Shown in pieces: positions 16,012-27,400 of a DNA stretch of 64,000 nucleotides. The stretch comes from a virus. Lineage: Duplodnaviria; Heunggongvirae; Uroviricota; Caudoviricetes. Position 1 is the first letter of the stretch, and the number at the start of each line of letters is the position of its first letter. The position numbers were made by a program, and so were the translations under genes. The stretch lies in the IMG/VR virus record IMGVR_UViG_3300028559_000005. One strand, written 5' to 3'. The notes under the pieces were generated by a model. It was given only the letters and a program-made list of their open reading frames with translations. It was not told where the DNA came from and searched no databases.

Positions 16012-17679
16012 ATGGCTGAAAATTTAACCCCAACTCCGAGAGCTGCTGGCAAACCAGGTGAAAATCTGTCAGCCAATGCTGCGTCAGGATCTGCACCTGC
16101 CAAGGCAGATGCTGCACCTAAACCTGGTGCTACTCAAGTGGCCACTGGCTTGATAGCAGCACTCAATTCCTATTGGGGCAAAATAGCCAAATCTAAAGGT
16201 ATAATTCCTGACATATACGAAATTAAATTTGCTGATCCATTGTTGAGCAATGCCAGCGTGATTCCTCCAGGGCCGTTGGATAAAAGTTTTGCTGGCGGAT
16301 CTTTACAGGCCACTGCTGCCGATGAGCTCCTGAGCGAAAAACAAAATATGAGTCCGGCTGTGAGACAACGATCAGCCACAGCCGGACAGCAAATCATACA
16401 GTTTATTGATACAGTATTGCGTAACAGTAACTATATCACGGATCAGCAAAAAGTGATATGGAATGGAAAAACCAACACATGGGAATACAACGGAAAACCT
16501 GCACAAAACTTTGCGTGGTTCAATATTTCTTGTCAAGCTGAACAATTGCAGTATGATCCCAAACAGAATGATTTTGCATATAGAATAACTTATATCATTG
16601 CACCGTATCAAATTCCTGTTCAAAGTGAATACTTTGACAACAATTCTTTTAGAGGTGTACATAAAGTTTACAACTACTGGTTCACTGGTCAAAATACTCA
16701 AATTACAAGTTTTGAACAAAATTACAACAATGCTTGGACACAGGCGTTGACCAGCGATGTTTCTGTTAGAGCAGGCAATGAATCTCTTGCCAGTCGAGTC
16801 AACAGCAGAGAACAATGGAAAAAAAGATATATGCCTGCTAGCAATCAAGCTAGACAAGGTGGTGATGGTAATACCTTTGAGCCAGGCGCTAATGCTGCTG
16901 ATTATCTGTACACTGTTGATACTGCTCAAATTGTATTGAACATACTAGGGGATCCTGCTTGGATTCCACCACCAACTAATATACAACCAGGGCAATTTAG
17001 TACATCACCTTTTTTTGCCGACGGCAGTATTAATACAACTGCTAGTGCAGCATATTTTGAATTTGCCTGGAACAAGCCAACTGATTATAATCTTACAACT
17101 GGTCTAATGGACCCTGGACAAAATAACTTTGGATCTAATCGAACCGCTGGTATAGCCGGCATTGCTCAACAAGCAATTTCTTATCAAGCTACTAGTATAA
17201 AAAGCAAATTCCGCGGCGGAAGGTTCAGTCAAGAGCTAAGTGGAACATGGTTACAAACACCTGCCAAGAATGCTGTAGCTGCTGCTGACAAAGGTAGAAA
17301 AACTGATCCTGTAACTGGAAAAAAATCAGTAGGCAGTATTAACAATATTCAGAATACCGCAGCAACCCCCACAGTTGATTCTTTAAAATTGTCAGCTGGG
17401 GCATCTGTATATAACATTAACAATGTTCCAGATAGTGCTGCGTCAGCAGTAGATATTGAATCGTCACCAACAGCCAATTCAATTGCAGCAATCAACAATG
17501 CAGAACTCAGACCAGCTACACCGCCCGCTGTGGATGCGGAAGTACAAGTGTTGGAACCATTTGTACCGCCGCCAGTATTGGGCGCTGGTTATGTGAACGG
17601 CAACGACGTTGAAACTGCGATTGTTTCTCCAAACCCACCACAGGGTATTGTAAATGATGATCAAGGCCAACCACAATAA
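16012..17679 (+). CDS. Baseplate hub protein, C-terminal part (gp27/late-control-D-like)
   Basis: AGQQIIQFID..., VHKVYNYWFTGQNT, IVLNILGDPAWI and Y....IKSKFRGGRFSQEL are typical hub beta-barrel segments. Confidence 0.5.
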   Translation: MAENLTPTPRAAGKPGENLSANAASGSAPAKADAAPKPGATQVATGLIAALNSYWGKIAKSKGIIPDIYEIKFADPLLSNASVIPPGPLDKSFAGGSLQATAADELLSEKQNMSPAVRQRSATAGQQIIQFIDTVLRNSNYITDQQKVIWNGKTNTWEYNGKPAQNFAWFNISCQAEQLQYDPKQNDFAYRITYIIAPYQIPVQSEYFDNNSFRGVHKVYNYWFTGQNTQITSFEQNYNNAWTQALTSDVSVRAGNESLASRVNSREQWKKRYMPASNQARQGGDGNTFEPGANAADYLYTVDTAQIVLNILGDPAWIPPPTNIQPGQFSTSPFFADGSINTTASAAYFEFAWNKPTDYNLTTGLMDPGQNNFGSNRTAGIAGIAQQAISYQATSIKSKFRGGRFSQELSGTWLQTPAKNAVAAADKGRKTDPVTGKKSVGSINNIQNTAATPTVDSLKLSAGASVYNINNVPDSAASAVDIESSPTANSIAAINNAELRPATPPAVDAEVQVLEPFVPPPVLGAGYVNGNDVETAIVSPNPPQGIVNDDQGQPQ

Positions 17680-17694
17680 AGGAAATATGTTGTA

Positions 17695-19212
17695 ATGACA
17701 ACTAATACAAATCAAGCATCGGGAAGAACAAAAAATTTCAAGTTTGATCGCGGCGGTACACCTGCCGAAATGGGGCCATTCATTGGCCGAATTGTCAACA
17801 ACATTGATGCCACTCGCAGTGGTCGTGTACAAGTATTCATTGAACAATTCGCCACAGGACAACCCAGCACCAATTCTGAGACCTGGAGATGGGTACGCTA
17901 TCTGTCACCGTTCTATGGTGCCACAGAAAAAAATAGTACCAGTGCAGGTGCAGGCTCGTATCCGGGTAATCAACAAAGCTATGGCATGTGGTTTACTCCT
18001 CCGGATATTGGAACATCGGTCATGTGTTTTTTTGTTGAAGGCGACCCTGATCAAGGTTATTATGTTGGTAGTGTAATTGACAACAGTTTAAATCACATGT
18101 TACCTGCCATTGGAGCAGCCAAGCAAGCTCAGTATGTCACACAAAATAAAACTCAAGCAGCATATTTTGCAAATGCTCCACAACTGCCAGTTACTGAAAT
18201 CAACACTGGCAACAAAGAAGTAGATCAGAATCCGCGATTCTTTGATCAACCTAAACCAGTACACAGTTATCAAGCAGCTATATTTTTCCAGCAAGGACTA
18301 GACAGAGATCCCGAGCGTGGACCTATTATATCCAATGCACAGCGAGAAAGTCCAAGTACAGTGTATGGAATATCTACACCTGGGCAACCCATTTATCAAG
18401 GTGGACTAGATCCTGCTACCATACGTAAACAACTCAGCACCGGCGCAGTTAATCCGCAAGATGTCACAGTGATTGGACGCAAAGGTGGTCATACATTGGT
18501 AATGGACGACGGCGACTTAGAAAACAAGAACGCTTTGTTTAGATTGCGAACATCCAAAGGTCATCAGATCATGATGAATGATTCTGAAAACTTCTTTCAG
18601 ATCATTCATGCCAATGGACAGTCCTGGATAGAGTTTGGCGAAGAAGGCACAGTGGATGTTTACTCTACTAACTCGGTAAATGTTCGTACTCAAGGTACTA
18701 TAAATTTGCATGCTGACAAAGACATCAACATGTATGCTGGTGGCAATCTCAACATGAAATCAAATGTGGCTACCAACATAGGCGCTGTGGGCGCCATGAA
18801 CATAGCCAGTCAAGGTGAAATGGTATTGTATGGTCAATCAACTGTGGGCATAAAGGCTGACGGATCACTAGCATTGCAAAGCAAAACAACAGGATCATTT
18901 GATGGTGGTGCTTCGCTACGACTCAAAGCACTCAGAATAGACCTCAATGGATTAGCGACAACTCCGGTCAAAACTCCTAAACTATATCCCAAAACTACAT
19001 TGGATGATACTGAATTTGATAATTCAACTGGATGGAAAGTAAAACCTAAATCTTTGGAAAGTATTGTTACTCGTGCTCCTACTCATGAGCCATATCCATA
19101 TCATAACAAAGGTGTAGCGGTTAGTGTAAATCTTGGAGGCACCGGAGCTCCTACTCCACCTCCGGCAGCAGAACCAGTGCCTACAAACTGGAGTATCATA
19201 AGAAAATCATGA
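17695..19212 (+). CDS. gp5: Baseplate central spike, gp5/VgrG-like (OB-fold plus beta-helix)
   Basis: GPFIGRIVNNID..RSGRVQV, GMWFTPPDIG..V.C.F..GD, GHTLVMDD and GHQIMMND repeats, then a beta-helical region. No T4-type lysozyme domain is evident. Confidence 0.8.
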   Translation: MTTNTNQASGRTKNFKFDRGGTPAEMGPFIGRIVNNIDATRSGRVQVFIEQFATGQPSTNSETWRWVRYLSPFYGATEKNSTSAGAGSYPGNQQSYGMWFTPPDIGTSVMCFFVEGDPDQGYYVGSVIDNSLNHMLPAIGAAKQAQYVTQNKTQAAYFANAPQLPVTEINTGNKEVDQNPRFFDQPKPVHSYQAAIFFQQGLDRDPERGPIISNAQRESPSTVYGISTPGQPIYQGGLDPATIRKQLSTGAVNPQDVTVIGRKGGHTLVMDDGDLENKNALFRLRTSKGHQIMMNDSENFFQIIHANGQSWIEFGEEGTVDVYSTNSVNVRTQGTINLHADKDINMYAGGNLNMKSNVATNIGAVGAMNIASQGEMVLYGQSTVGIKADGSLALQSKTTGSFDGGASLRLKALRIDLNGLATTPVKTPKLYPKTTLDDTEFDNSTGWKVKPKSLESIVTRAPTHEPYPYHNKGVAVSVNLGGTGAPTPPPAAEPVPTNWSIIRKS

Positions 19213-20480
19213 GCAACTTTACATTTACAGGCCCAGATGGCGCAACCTACGAAGTACAAGGCCCATCCACTGCTACGTTTGAGCAAGCCCGGGCAGTGTT
19301 TACTCAACAAACATCCACAGGTGGATTAACTGGATTGCCAGTTGGCGGGCTAGTCAATGCAGTTACTCAGTCAGCCGGCGGGTTAAGTTCGGCATTGGCA
19401 CAGTTGGGTCCACAGGCCATAAGTTTGACAAAACAAATAGGCAATTATATTAATCTTCCAAACCTAACGGGCTTACCGGTACCAAACGCTATCACAGTTA
19501 GCGACTTTGTCAATACTAAAACATTAGCACAAACAATTGGGTCTGTTGGGTCTACACAGATACAAGGGTTAGTAGCTCAAACTGCCGCGTCAGTAAACCA
19601 GGCCACTGATGCAATTACCAATATCAAAGGGCTAGGACAATTTGGACTCAATGCTGATCAATTACAACTGTCAGGATTGATCAAACCAGGTCTTGCTGAT
19701 CAGATAAATTTAGATCCATCAAAATTTACCAGCATTTTGTCAAGTCCCACAAGCTGGACAGGCAAGCTAGGCGCAACAGATATCACTTCTGTACTCAGTA
19801 GTGGTAGTTTGCAAACAGCAGTGCAACAGGGGTTGATGAGTACAAATTTTGATCAGCTTAAACAACTGGGCGCAATTACAGGATTAGAATCGGCAACACA
19901 ATTAGGTCCATTGATAAATGTAGCTACAAAATTTGGTGCAGGTACTGCTACTGAATGGTTATCAAGTGCAACCGGAGCGTCGGGTATTGCAAGTGCAATA
20001 ACCAGTGGGTTAGGCGGCAACATAAGTGGGTTAATTTCAGGCAGTGGCATTGGTGGTGCGCTATCAGGCGGAGTAGGCAGTTTGTTATCTGGTGGCGCAG
20101 GTAGTTTGTTGTCGGGCAGTGTAGGCAGTTTGTTATCTGGTGGCGCAGGTACTTTGTTGTCTGGCAGCGTGGGCGGGTTGTTGTCAGGTGGAGTGGGCGG
20201 GTTGTTGTCAGGTGGAGTGGGCAGTTTGGTGTCAGGTGGATTAGCATCGGTGCCAGGATTATCGTCGGTACTAAATGGATTTGCACAATCTGCACAATTT
20301 GCACAAGTATTTTCTTTTGCTAGCTCGTTTTTAGGTGGCGGTGGCAACCCATTGGAAGCAGGCACTGTAACACCCACTGCTGCTGCAAACACAGTGAATA
20401 GACAAACTGTGAATCAGGCAGTATTGGCAATCATTGGAAATAGCAAAATATCTATACCAGACTTTTCGCCATCAGTGTAA
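19209..20480 (+). CDS. Virion-associated Gly/Ser/Leu-rich protein of unknown function
   Basis: Lies between gp5 and gp25; contains seven 8-aa GxxGxLLS repeats. Confidence 0.6.
   Translation: MSNFTFTGPDGATYEVQGPSTATFEQARAVFTQQTSTGGLTGLPVGGLVNAVTQSAGGLSSALAQLGPQAISLTKQIGNYINLPNLTGLPVPNAITVSDFVNTKTLAQTIGSVGSTQIQGLVAQTAASVNQATDAITNIKGLGQFGLNADQLQLSGLIKPGLADQINLDPSKFTSILSSPTSWTGKLGATDITSVLSSGSLQTAVQQGLMSTNFDQLKQLGAITGLESATQLGPLINVATKFGAGTATEWLSSATGASGIASAITSGLGGNISGLISGSGIGGALSGGVGSLLSGGAGSLLSGSVGSLLSGGAGTLLSGSVGGLLSGGVGGLLSGGVGSLVSGGLASVPGLSSVLNGFAQSAQFAQVFSFASSFLGGGGNPLEAGTVTPTAAANTVNRQTVNQAVLAIIGNSKISIPDFSPSV
20067..20234 (+). repeat. Seven tandem 24-nt repeats (GGVGSLLS-type)
   Basis: Read directly from the sequence. 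Confidence 0.9.
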
Positions 20481-20513
20481 ATCTGAACTGGAATCCAATG
20501 GATAAATATCAAC

Positions 20514-20888
20514 ATGCCTACCTTCATTGGATTCAACACACAAAATCAATATAAAAAGTTTACTCTAGTAGACCAAGAGTTAATCAAACGTGACCTCTTG
20601 AACGCTTTTAACATCTTGCAAGGACAACTGCCCGGCCGTCCTGCATACGGTACCATACTTTGGGATTTTTTGTTTGAAAGTCAGGACCAAACTACTATGG
20701 CTGCTATTTTGCGAGAAGTGCAGCGTGTGGCCGGCGGCGACCCTAGAGTGGCAATTACAGATGTAAATTTATTCCCTCAGGAAAATGGTGTGTTGATTGA
20801 ACTTGAAGTACAGTTTGTTCCTAATACTGATTCTCAGCTGTTGAGTGTGTTCTTTGATCAACAACAACGTAGAGCTTCGTTTGTATAA
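20514..20888 (+). CDS. gp25: Baseplate wedge subunit, gp25-like
   Basis: LIKRDLLNAF...G..PGRPAYGT.LWDFLFE...DPRV; 124 aa; directly upstream of gp6. Confidence 0.85.
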   Translation: MPTFIGFNTQNQYKKFTLVDQELIKRDLLNAFNILQGQLPGRPAYGTILWDFLFESQDQTTMAAILREVQRVAGGDPRVAITDVNLFPQENGVLIELEVQFVPNTDSQLLSVFFDQQQRRASFV

Positions 20889-20916
20889 ACGCAGCCGTTT
20901 ATATGTTTGGTAAATA
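20885..20916 (+). promoter_or_regulatory. Second ATAAAC-N6-GTTTAT-N8-TAAATA element, upstream of gp6
   Basis: Identical arms and spacing to 12549-12580. Confidence 0.55.
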
Positions 20917-20936
20917 ACAAATAACAACGGACGATC

Positions 20937-23900
20937 ATGGCAACCACTACTAGACAAACAGTTATATTCGGAGTAGAAGATTGGAAACGCATCTACGAAA
21001 CCTACAGAGAAGCGGATTTCCAAAGTTACGACTTTGAAACCTTACGCAAAAGTTTTGTAGACTATCTGCGCCAGTATTATCCCGAGACTTTTAATGATTA
21101 CATTGAAAGTTCAGAATTTATTGCATTGCTGGATGTAATAGCGTTCATGGGTCAAGCCATGAGTTTTCGTAATGATCTCAACACTAGAGAAAACTACATA
21201 GACACCGCTGAACGTAGAGATAGTGTGGTTCGACTGGCAAATCTAGTAAGCTATACACCCAAACGAAACACTGCTGCCAGTGGGTATCTCAAAGTATTTT
21301 CTGTTCAAACCACAGAAAATATCACAGATTTCAATGGTATAAATTTAGCCAACGTCACAATCAATTGGAACGATCCTACTAACTTCAACTGGTTAGAGCA
21401 GTTCACCGCAATTGTCAATTCGGCATTGGTAGACACACAACGAGTTGGCCGCCCTGGAAATCGCGAAACTATTGTGGGTGTGGACACATCTGAATATTCA
21501 ATCAATCTGGTTCCTGGATTTCTGCCAGTATTACCATACACTGCTACTGTGGATGGTGTTAACATGCCATTTGAAGCAGTGAATGCTACTTCGGTAGGAA
21601 CACCAACAACGTCACCGTTTATTTTTGAGCCAGCACCACAACCCAACGGAATTTTTAATATATTGTTCCGTAATGATTCACTGGGTTATGCAGCAGCAAA
21701 CACAGGATATTTTTTCTACTTCAAGCAAGGTGTGTTGCAGAATCAAGATTTTAACTTGGCTGAACGTATTCCTAATCGCACAGTTAATATCAATATTGAT
21801 GGTGTAAACAACGAAGATCGTTGGTTGTTCCAATTGGACAACACTGGAACAGTCACTAGAGAATGGCAGTATGTACAGTCTGTATACGCTGCGGCAGCAG
21901 AACAACTGGCTCCTGACCAACGTAGTTTATATTCAGTCACATCCAGAGCCAATGATCAAATCACATTGACATTTGGTGACGGCATATTTTCAGCTATACC
22001 TACTGGATTGTTCCGTGCTTATGTTCGTGCATCAAACGGATTGCAGTACATTATCAATCCAGAAGAAATGCAAAGTGTGGTATTGCCCATCAGCTATATC
22101 AGTAGATCAGGACAGTTGGAAACTATCACATTCACATGTGGTATTACAACTCCAGTGAGTAATGCTCAGGCCAGAGAAACACTAGATGAAATCAAACAAC
22201 GTGCGCCTGCTAGATATTACACACAGAATCGCATGGTCAACGGTGAAGATTACACCAACTTTCCGTTTACTGAATACAATTCTATCATCAAAAGTTATGC
22301 ATTGAATCGTGCTAGTATTGGCACCAGTCGATATCTTGATCTAGTGGATAACACAGGCAAGTACAGTTCTACAAATATTTTTTCGTCTGACGGTGCCATA
22401 TGGGAAGACAATCTACTGCCTACATTTTTGTTTACCTGGCTCACTAACAATGACATTGCTGATGTGGTTGGTAACCAATTGCAACCACTTATATCAACAG
22501 ATGCATTTGTGCAGTTTTATTATGCCAACTTCCTTAGACCAAATTTATCAGTATTGAATTTAACCTGGAATCAGAGCACAACTCTGGCCAATGAAACTAC
22601 AGGATATTTTAAAAATGCTGCTGGTAATCCTGCACCTATTAGTACATACAGCAGTTCCAATTCAAAGTTTATCACAGTGGGCAGTTTGATTAAATTTACA
22701 GCGCCACCTGGCTATTTCTTTGATGCCACCAATCGTCTTAAATTAGGAATACCCACACTAGCAGATGAACGCTTGTATTTCTGGGCCAGCCCTTTGAGTA
22801 TCTATTTAGATGGCACAAATCAAGGGCAAGGAAACTTTACGGATGGAACTGGCCCTGTGGCATTGAATGTGTTTGTACCTACTGGTGCAATTCCAACAGA
22901 AGTAATTCCATTGCTTATTACTACTTTGCCCAGCAGTTTGATCACAGAAATCACACAGCAAATATTGCTGTATAGAAATTTTGGTCTAGGGTATGATAAC
23001 ACAGGTGCAATCACTGGTACTCCTTACACTTGGTATCTAATCAATTCCAACAACATAGATATCGATGCTACATTTAGTTTGGCAAATGCAGGCAGCACAT
23101 CTGGTACAAATCAAGATGCCAGCTGGATGATTCAGGCAGTGACCAATGGAACAAAATACACAGTGACCAATCGTGCATTGGTGTACAATTGGGGGTCAGT
23201 GTTACAGACTAGATTCTTCTTTGAAACTGGCAATCGAATTTATGATCCTCGACTGGGTAACGTGGTTAGTGACTTTATCAATGTACTCAAAGTCAACAGT
23301 TTGCCTGACTCAAATAGTCCTCAACCAGGGGATATCTATCTCAAGATCACTGGACAGCCTGTGCAGTCTGACGGTCTAGTCGACGATTTCCAAGTCACGG
23401 TCAGCTACCAAGATCGTAACAATGATGGTGTTACAGATGATCCTGATTTTTTCAATGATATTGTTGCACCCAATGTGAATTCAAATACAAAATACGTATT
23501 CTTCCAAAAGACAGTGGACTTTGATAATCTGCAACGCTATTTGTTAATTGCCCCAGGCATTGTCAACAGTGATTATGCCACCATGGATGACATTGAAGTT
23601 GTGAAATCTCAATATGTTGTTGGACAGATGTTTTATGCATATTCTCAAACAATAACAGTGGGTCCATTGACTGGTCAAGTGGGTGCGTTTTATCAATTGG
23701 TAATCAGCACCAATGGGACAAAAATTCTATTAGATGTAACATCAGAGTGGTTGGCCAAAGTAGGCCGATCAGGCATGTATTTCCAATACAGACATAATGC
23801 TCCGCTGACAGATCGTATTGATCCAGGCACCACTAACATTATTGATTTGTATGTGGTCACACAAGCCTACTATACAGCTTATCAGAATTGGATCAGAGAT

Positions 23901-24407
23901 TCAACAAACACAGTACCTAAACCTGATGTTCCTACAATCAATGAACTTGATACCGCATATCAAGGACTTGAATCTTACAAAATGATATCTGACAATATAG
24001 TATTAAATTCAGTATCATTCAAACCATTGTTTGGACCCAAGGCAGCTGAAAATCTACGTGCAACTATCAAAGTAATACGTACTGCCAATTCCACTGCTAG
24101 CGAAAGTGAAATTAAAACTCTGGTAGTGGCCAATTTGAATGAATATTTCAGTATTGACAAATGGAATTTTGGCGATACGTTTTATTTCTCAGAACTGGCT
24201 GCTTACATACACAGAAACATGGGCGGCATTGTAAGTTCAGTGGTCTTGGTGCCATTAGATCCATTGAAATATTTTGGTGACTTGTATGAAATAAATTCAG
24301 CACCAAATGAAATATTTGTCAATGGTGCTGGCGTAAGCTCAGTAGAAGTTATTACTTCCTTGACTTCAACTAATATTAGAACTGCACCTGGCAGCGGAGT
24401 AATTTAA
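20937..24407 (+). CDS. gp6: Baseplate wedge subunit, gp6-like (baseplate J family)
   Basis: [13 protein letters not shown]...[64 protein letters not shown]. Confidence 0.85.
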   Translation: MATTTRQTVIFGVEDWKRIYETYREADFQSYDFETLRKSFVDYLRQYYPETFNDYIESSEFIALLDVIAFMGQAMSFRNDLNTRENYIDTAERRDSVVRLANLVSYTPKRNTAASGYLKVFSVQTTENITDFNGINLANVTINWNDPTNFNWLEQFTAIVNSALVDTQRVGRPGNRETIVGVDTSEYSINLVPGFLPVLPYTATVDGVNMPFEAVNATSVGTPTTSPFIFEPAPQPNGIFNILFRNDSLGYAAANTGYFFYFKQGVLQNQDFNLAERIPNRTVNINIDGVNNEDRWLFQLDNTGTVTREWQYVQSVYAAAAEQLAPDQRSLYSVTSRANDQITLTFGDGIFSAIPTGLFRAYVRASNGLQYIINPEEMQSVVLPISYISRSGQLETITFTCGITTPVSNAQARETLDEIKQRAPARYYTQNRMVNGEDYTNFPFTEYNSIIKSYALNRASIGTSRYLDLVDNTGKYSSTNIFSSDGAIWEDNLLPTFLFTWLTNNDIADVVGNQLQPLISTDAFVQFYYANFLRPNLSVLNLTWNQSTTLANETTGYFKNAAGNPAPISTYSSSNSKFITVGSLIKFTAPPGYFFDATNRLKLGIPTLADERLYFWASPLSIYLDGTNQGQGNFTDGTGPVALNVFVPTGAIPTEVIPLLITTLPSSLITEITQQILLYRNFGLGYDNTGAITGTPYTWYLINSNNIDIDATFSLANAGSTSGTNQDASWMIQAVTNGTKYTVTNRALVYNWGSVLQTRFFFETGNRIYDPRLGNVVSDFINVLKVNSLPDSNSPQPGDIYLKITGQPVQSDGLVDDFQVTVSYQDRNNDGVTDDPDFFNDIVAPNVNSNTKYVFFQKTVDFDNLQRYLLIAPGIVNSDYATMDDIEVVKSQYVVGQMFYAYSQTITVGPLTGQVGAFYQLVISTNGTKILLDVTSEWLAKVGRSGMYFQYRHNAPLTDRIDPGTTNIIDLYVVTQAYYTAYQNWIRDSTNTVPKPDVPTINELDTAYQGLESYKMISDNIVLNSVSFKPLFGPKAAENLRATIKVIRTANSTASESEIKTLVVANLNEYFSIDKWNFGDTFYFSELAAYIHRNMGGIVSSVVLVPLDPLKYFGDLYEINSAPNEIFVNGAGVSSVEVITSLTSTNIRTAPGSGVI

Positions 24408-27400
24408 TGGCCACAACAAAGTCGGTAGATTTTCTACCACCAATATTCCAAACCAGCACTAACAAGCAATTTTTATCAGCTACATTAGATCAACTGGTTC
24501 AGGAACCTGAGTTCAAAAAAACACAAGGGTTTGTTGGACGTCATTTAGGTCCAGGTGTAAATCCCAATGACTATTATGTGATTGAACCCACGGCGGATCG
24601 ATCAAACTATCAACTGGAACCTGGTGTGATAAGTTTGGTACCAGACACCAATACCATTGCAGATGCTGTGACTTACCCAGGTATAACTGATGCAATAGGT
24701 CGTCAAGGTGGATTCACCAACAACGCATCAAGACTGTATACCAGCGATTATTATACCTGGGATCCTTTTATAAACTTTGATAAGTTTACAAATTACAGTC
24801 AGTATTACTGGTTGCCCGGCGGCCCTATATCTGTGGGTGTGAGCGGATCTACAATTCCAGTCACGGCCACATACAACGTGACCAGAACAGATACATCGTA
24901 CGAATTTTCAAGCATTCAAGGTCAGAATCCTGTAATCACTTTGGTGCGTGGCGGAACTTATGAGTTTGTAGTTAATCAAGTGCCCAACTCTTTTTGGATA
25001 CAGTCAGATCCAGGAGTAAATGGTCGGTTGCCTTATGCTCCTAACATTAGTTCTAGAGATGTGTTGGGTGTCACTAATAATGGTGAAAATTCAGGAACTG
25101 TTACTTTTAGTGTGCCTTTTAAAACTGCTCAACAGTTTTATTACGATCTAGCTCTGGCTCCTACTGTGCCCACAGCTGGGCAAGTTGATTTGTTGACTGA
25201 CATTGATTATAATCAAATCAATGGAGTGCTGGTATCTACATTTTTTGCCAACTATCCTTCAGGTATAGATGGTATAACTAATCTTCAAAATCGCAGTGTG
25301 GTATTCAACAATACCACAGCACCTACTAATGTATACCAAATACAATACATAGGCACTGGCCCAGGGCAGACTATACAACTGTTGCCAGTGTTAGCAGTTC
25401 CTAGCCTGAACAAATTTACCATTATATTTGGTGCTGAATGGAGCACTACAGAGTGGTATCTTAACGCATCAGGTTACTTTGAACAAATACCGTTGTTGAC
25501 TGCTGTACAAGATACACTGTGGTATCAAGATGGCACCAATCCAGAAATTTTTGGACAAATTAGACTGGTAGATCAGACTCAAGCTGCAACTATCAATGTG
25601 GTCACTGACATCCTTGGCAAGCAAAACTATACTTCTCCTAATGGAGTGGTGTTTACTAATAATTTAAAAATCACTTTTCAAGGCAGTGTAGTTCCTGCTA
25701 GTTATCAAGCTCAAACTTATTATGTGGCCGGAGTAGGCACGGCTATCCAATTGTTGTTGGAAACTGATTATATTACTCCAGAGATTGTACGCACTGCTAG
25801 CACTCCTTGGGATTTTGTTCCATGGGATTCTGCCAACTGGGACGGAACATTAAATCAACCATTGGATCCAGACTATATCACAATAGCATTAGACAGTCCT
25901 GATCTCAATGCATGGACAAGATCAAACCGTTGGTTCCATATTGATGTAATCAACGCAGCGGCTGCCTACAATAACACAAATGCAGTGTTGGATAACAGAT
26001 TCCGGGCCAAACGTCCAATCGTTGAATTCCGTGGCGGTACACATTTGTACAACATGGGCACCGAGGCCAAACAGCCAGTGAACATAATTGATCTAAATCA
26101 AACAGATGCTCTAACAAACGTCAATGGAACAACCCAATACACTGTTGTGGGCCAGGCGTATAATCTACAACAAGGTAATAGAGTAATCTTTGCCAAAGAC
26201 ACCGACCCACAAGTGCGTAACAAAGTATATGTGGTCAACTTTATAAGCCCAGCTTCTGTGCCATTGCCCGATAGTTCACTAGTAGACCAGCCTGTTATTG
26301 ATCTAGTACCTGCAGATGATGCATTAGCATTGACTGATCAGTGTGTGGTTTGTTTGAGCGGTACTACACTGACCGGAACAACCTTTTATTATGATGGTAT
26401 ACAATGGATTCAAGCACAACAAAAAACTGCTGTGAATCAAAATCCCATGTTTGATGTGTATGATCAAGCAGGATATAGCTTGGGCAATCGTGCGGTATAT
26501 CCAAGTTCAACTTTTTCAACTGCCAAAAACAATCTTGGTACTACAACTGGCGGTAGCCCATTGTTCAGCTATGCTGTTGGTCCAGGGACTGTGGCAGATA
26601 CTGTGTTGGGATTCCCCTTAAGATATCTCAGCTTGAATAACATCGGCGATATTGTGTTTGATAACAATCTCTATGCAGACACCTTTATCTACGTCAAAGA
26701 CAATGTACAACAAACTGAAAATATCAGTATAGGGCATGTTCGCCAATATGAAGATCGAACTGTGTATGCTAAAGAACTTGGTTGGCAGAAAGCTGCTGTC
26801 AAGAGTCAAATTTATCAACAATTTAACTTCACCTACAGTACCACACCCATAACAGCATCTATTTCAGGTACAACACTGACCGTGACACAAGGTCCAGCCA
26901 ATGGCTCATTATTGATTGGACAAAGTCTTAGTGGCAAAGGAGTCACTCCGGGTACACAAATTACAGGATTAATCACTGGCACTGGCGGAGTGGGAACTTA
27001 TACCATCACCCCATCACAAACTGTGCTATCAGAAATTATCACAGCAACTACCCCATTGATTCTAGACGTGGCTGCACTGCCAACTGGAGCGATACCCAGC
27101 ATTAAAGTCTATGCCACTAGTGTGAGTCAAAACTACAGTAGTTTGTTTCAAGACCCAGGCAATTACACATTTACTACCACAGATGACACTACAACTATTA
27201 GATTCAACCCTACAACAAAAATAGTGTTGGGAGATATCATTGAAGTATTGGTATTAAGCGATCAGGTAAGTGCTGTTGGATTCTATCAAGTTCCTATCAA
27301 CTTAGAAAACAATCCGTTAAACGGCAACAGCCCATACTTTACATTGGGCACCATAAGAACACATTATGACAGCATTGCAGAAAATTTAGTCAATCTCACT

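Noticed and set aside
19853-20392. 179-aa minus-strand Pro/Asn-rich ORF
   Set aside because: It is the antisense shadow of the Gly-rich repeats (GGN read as NCC).
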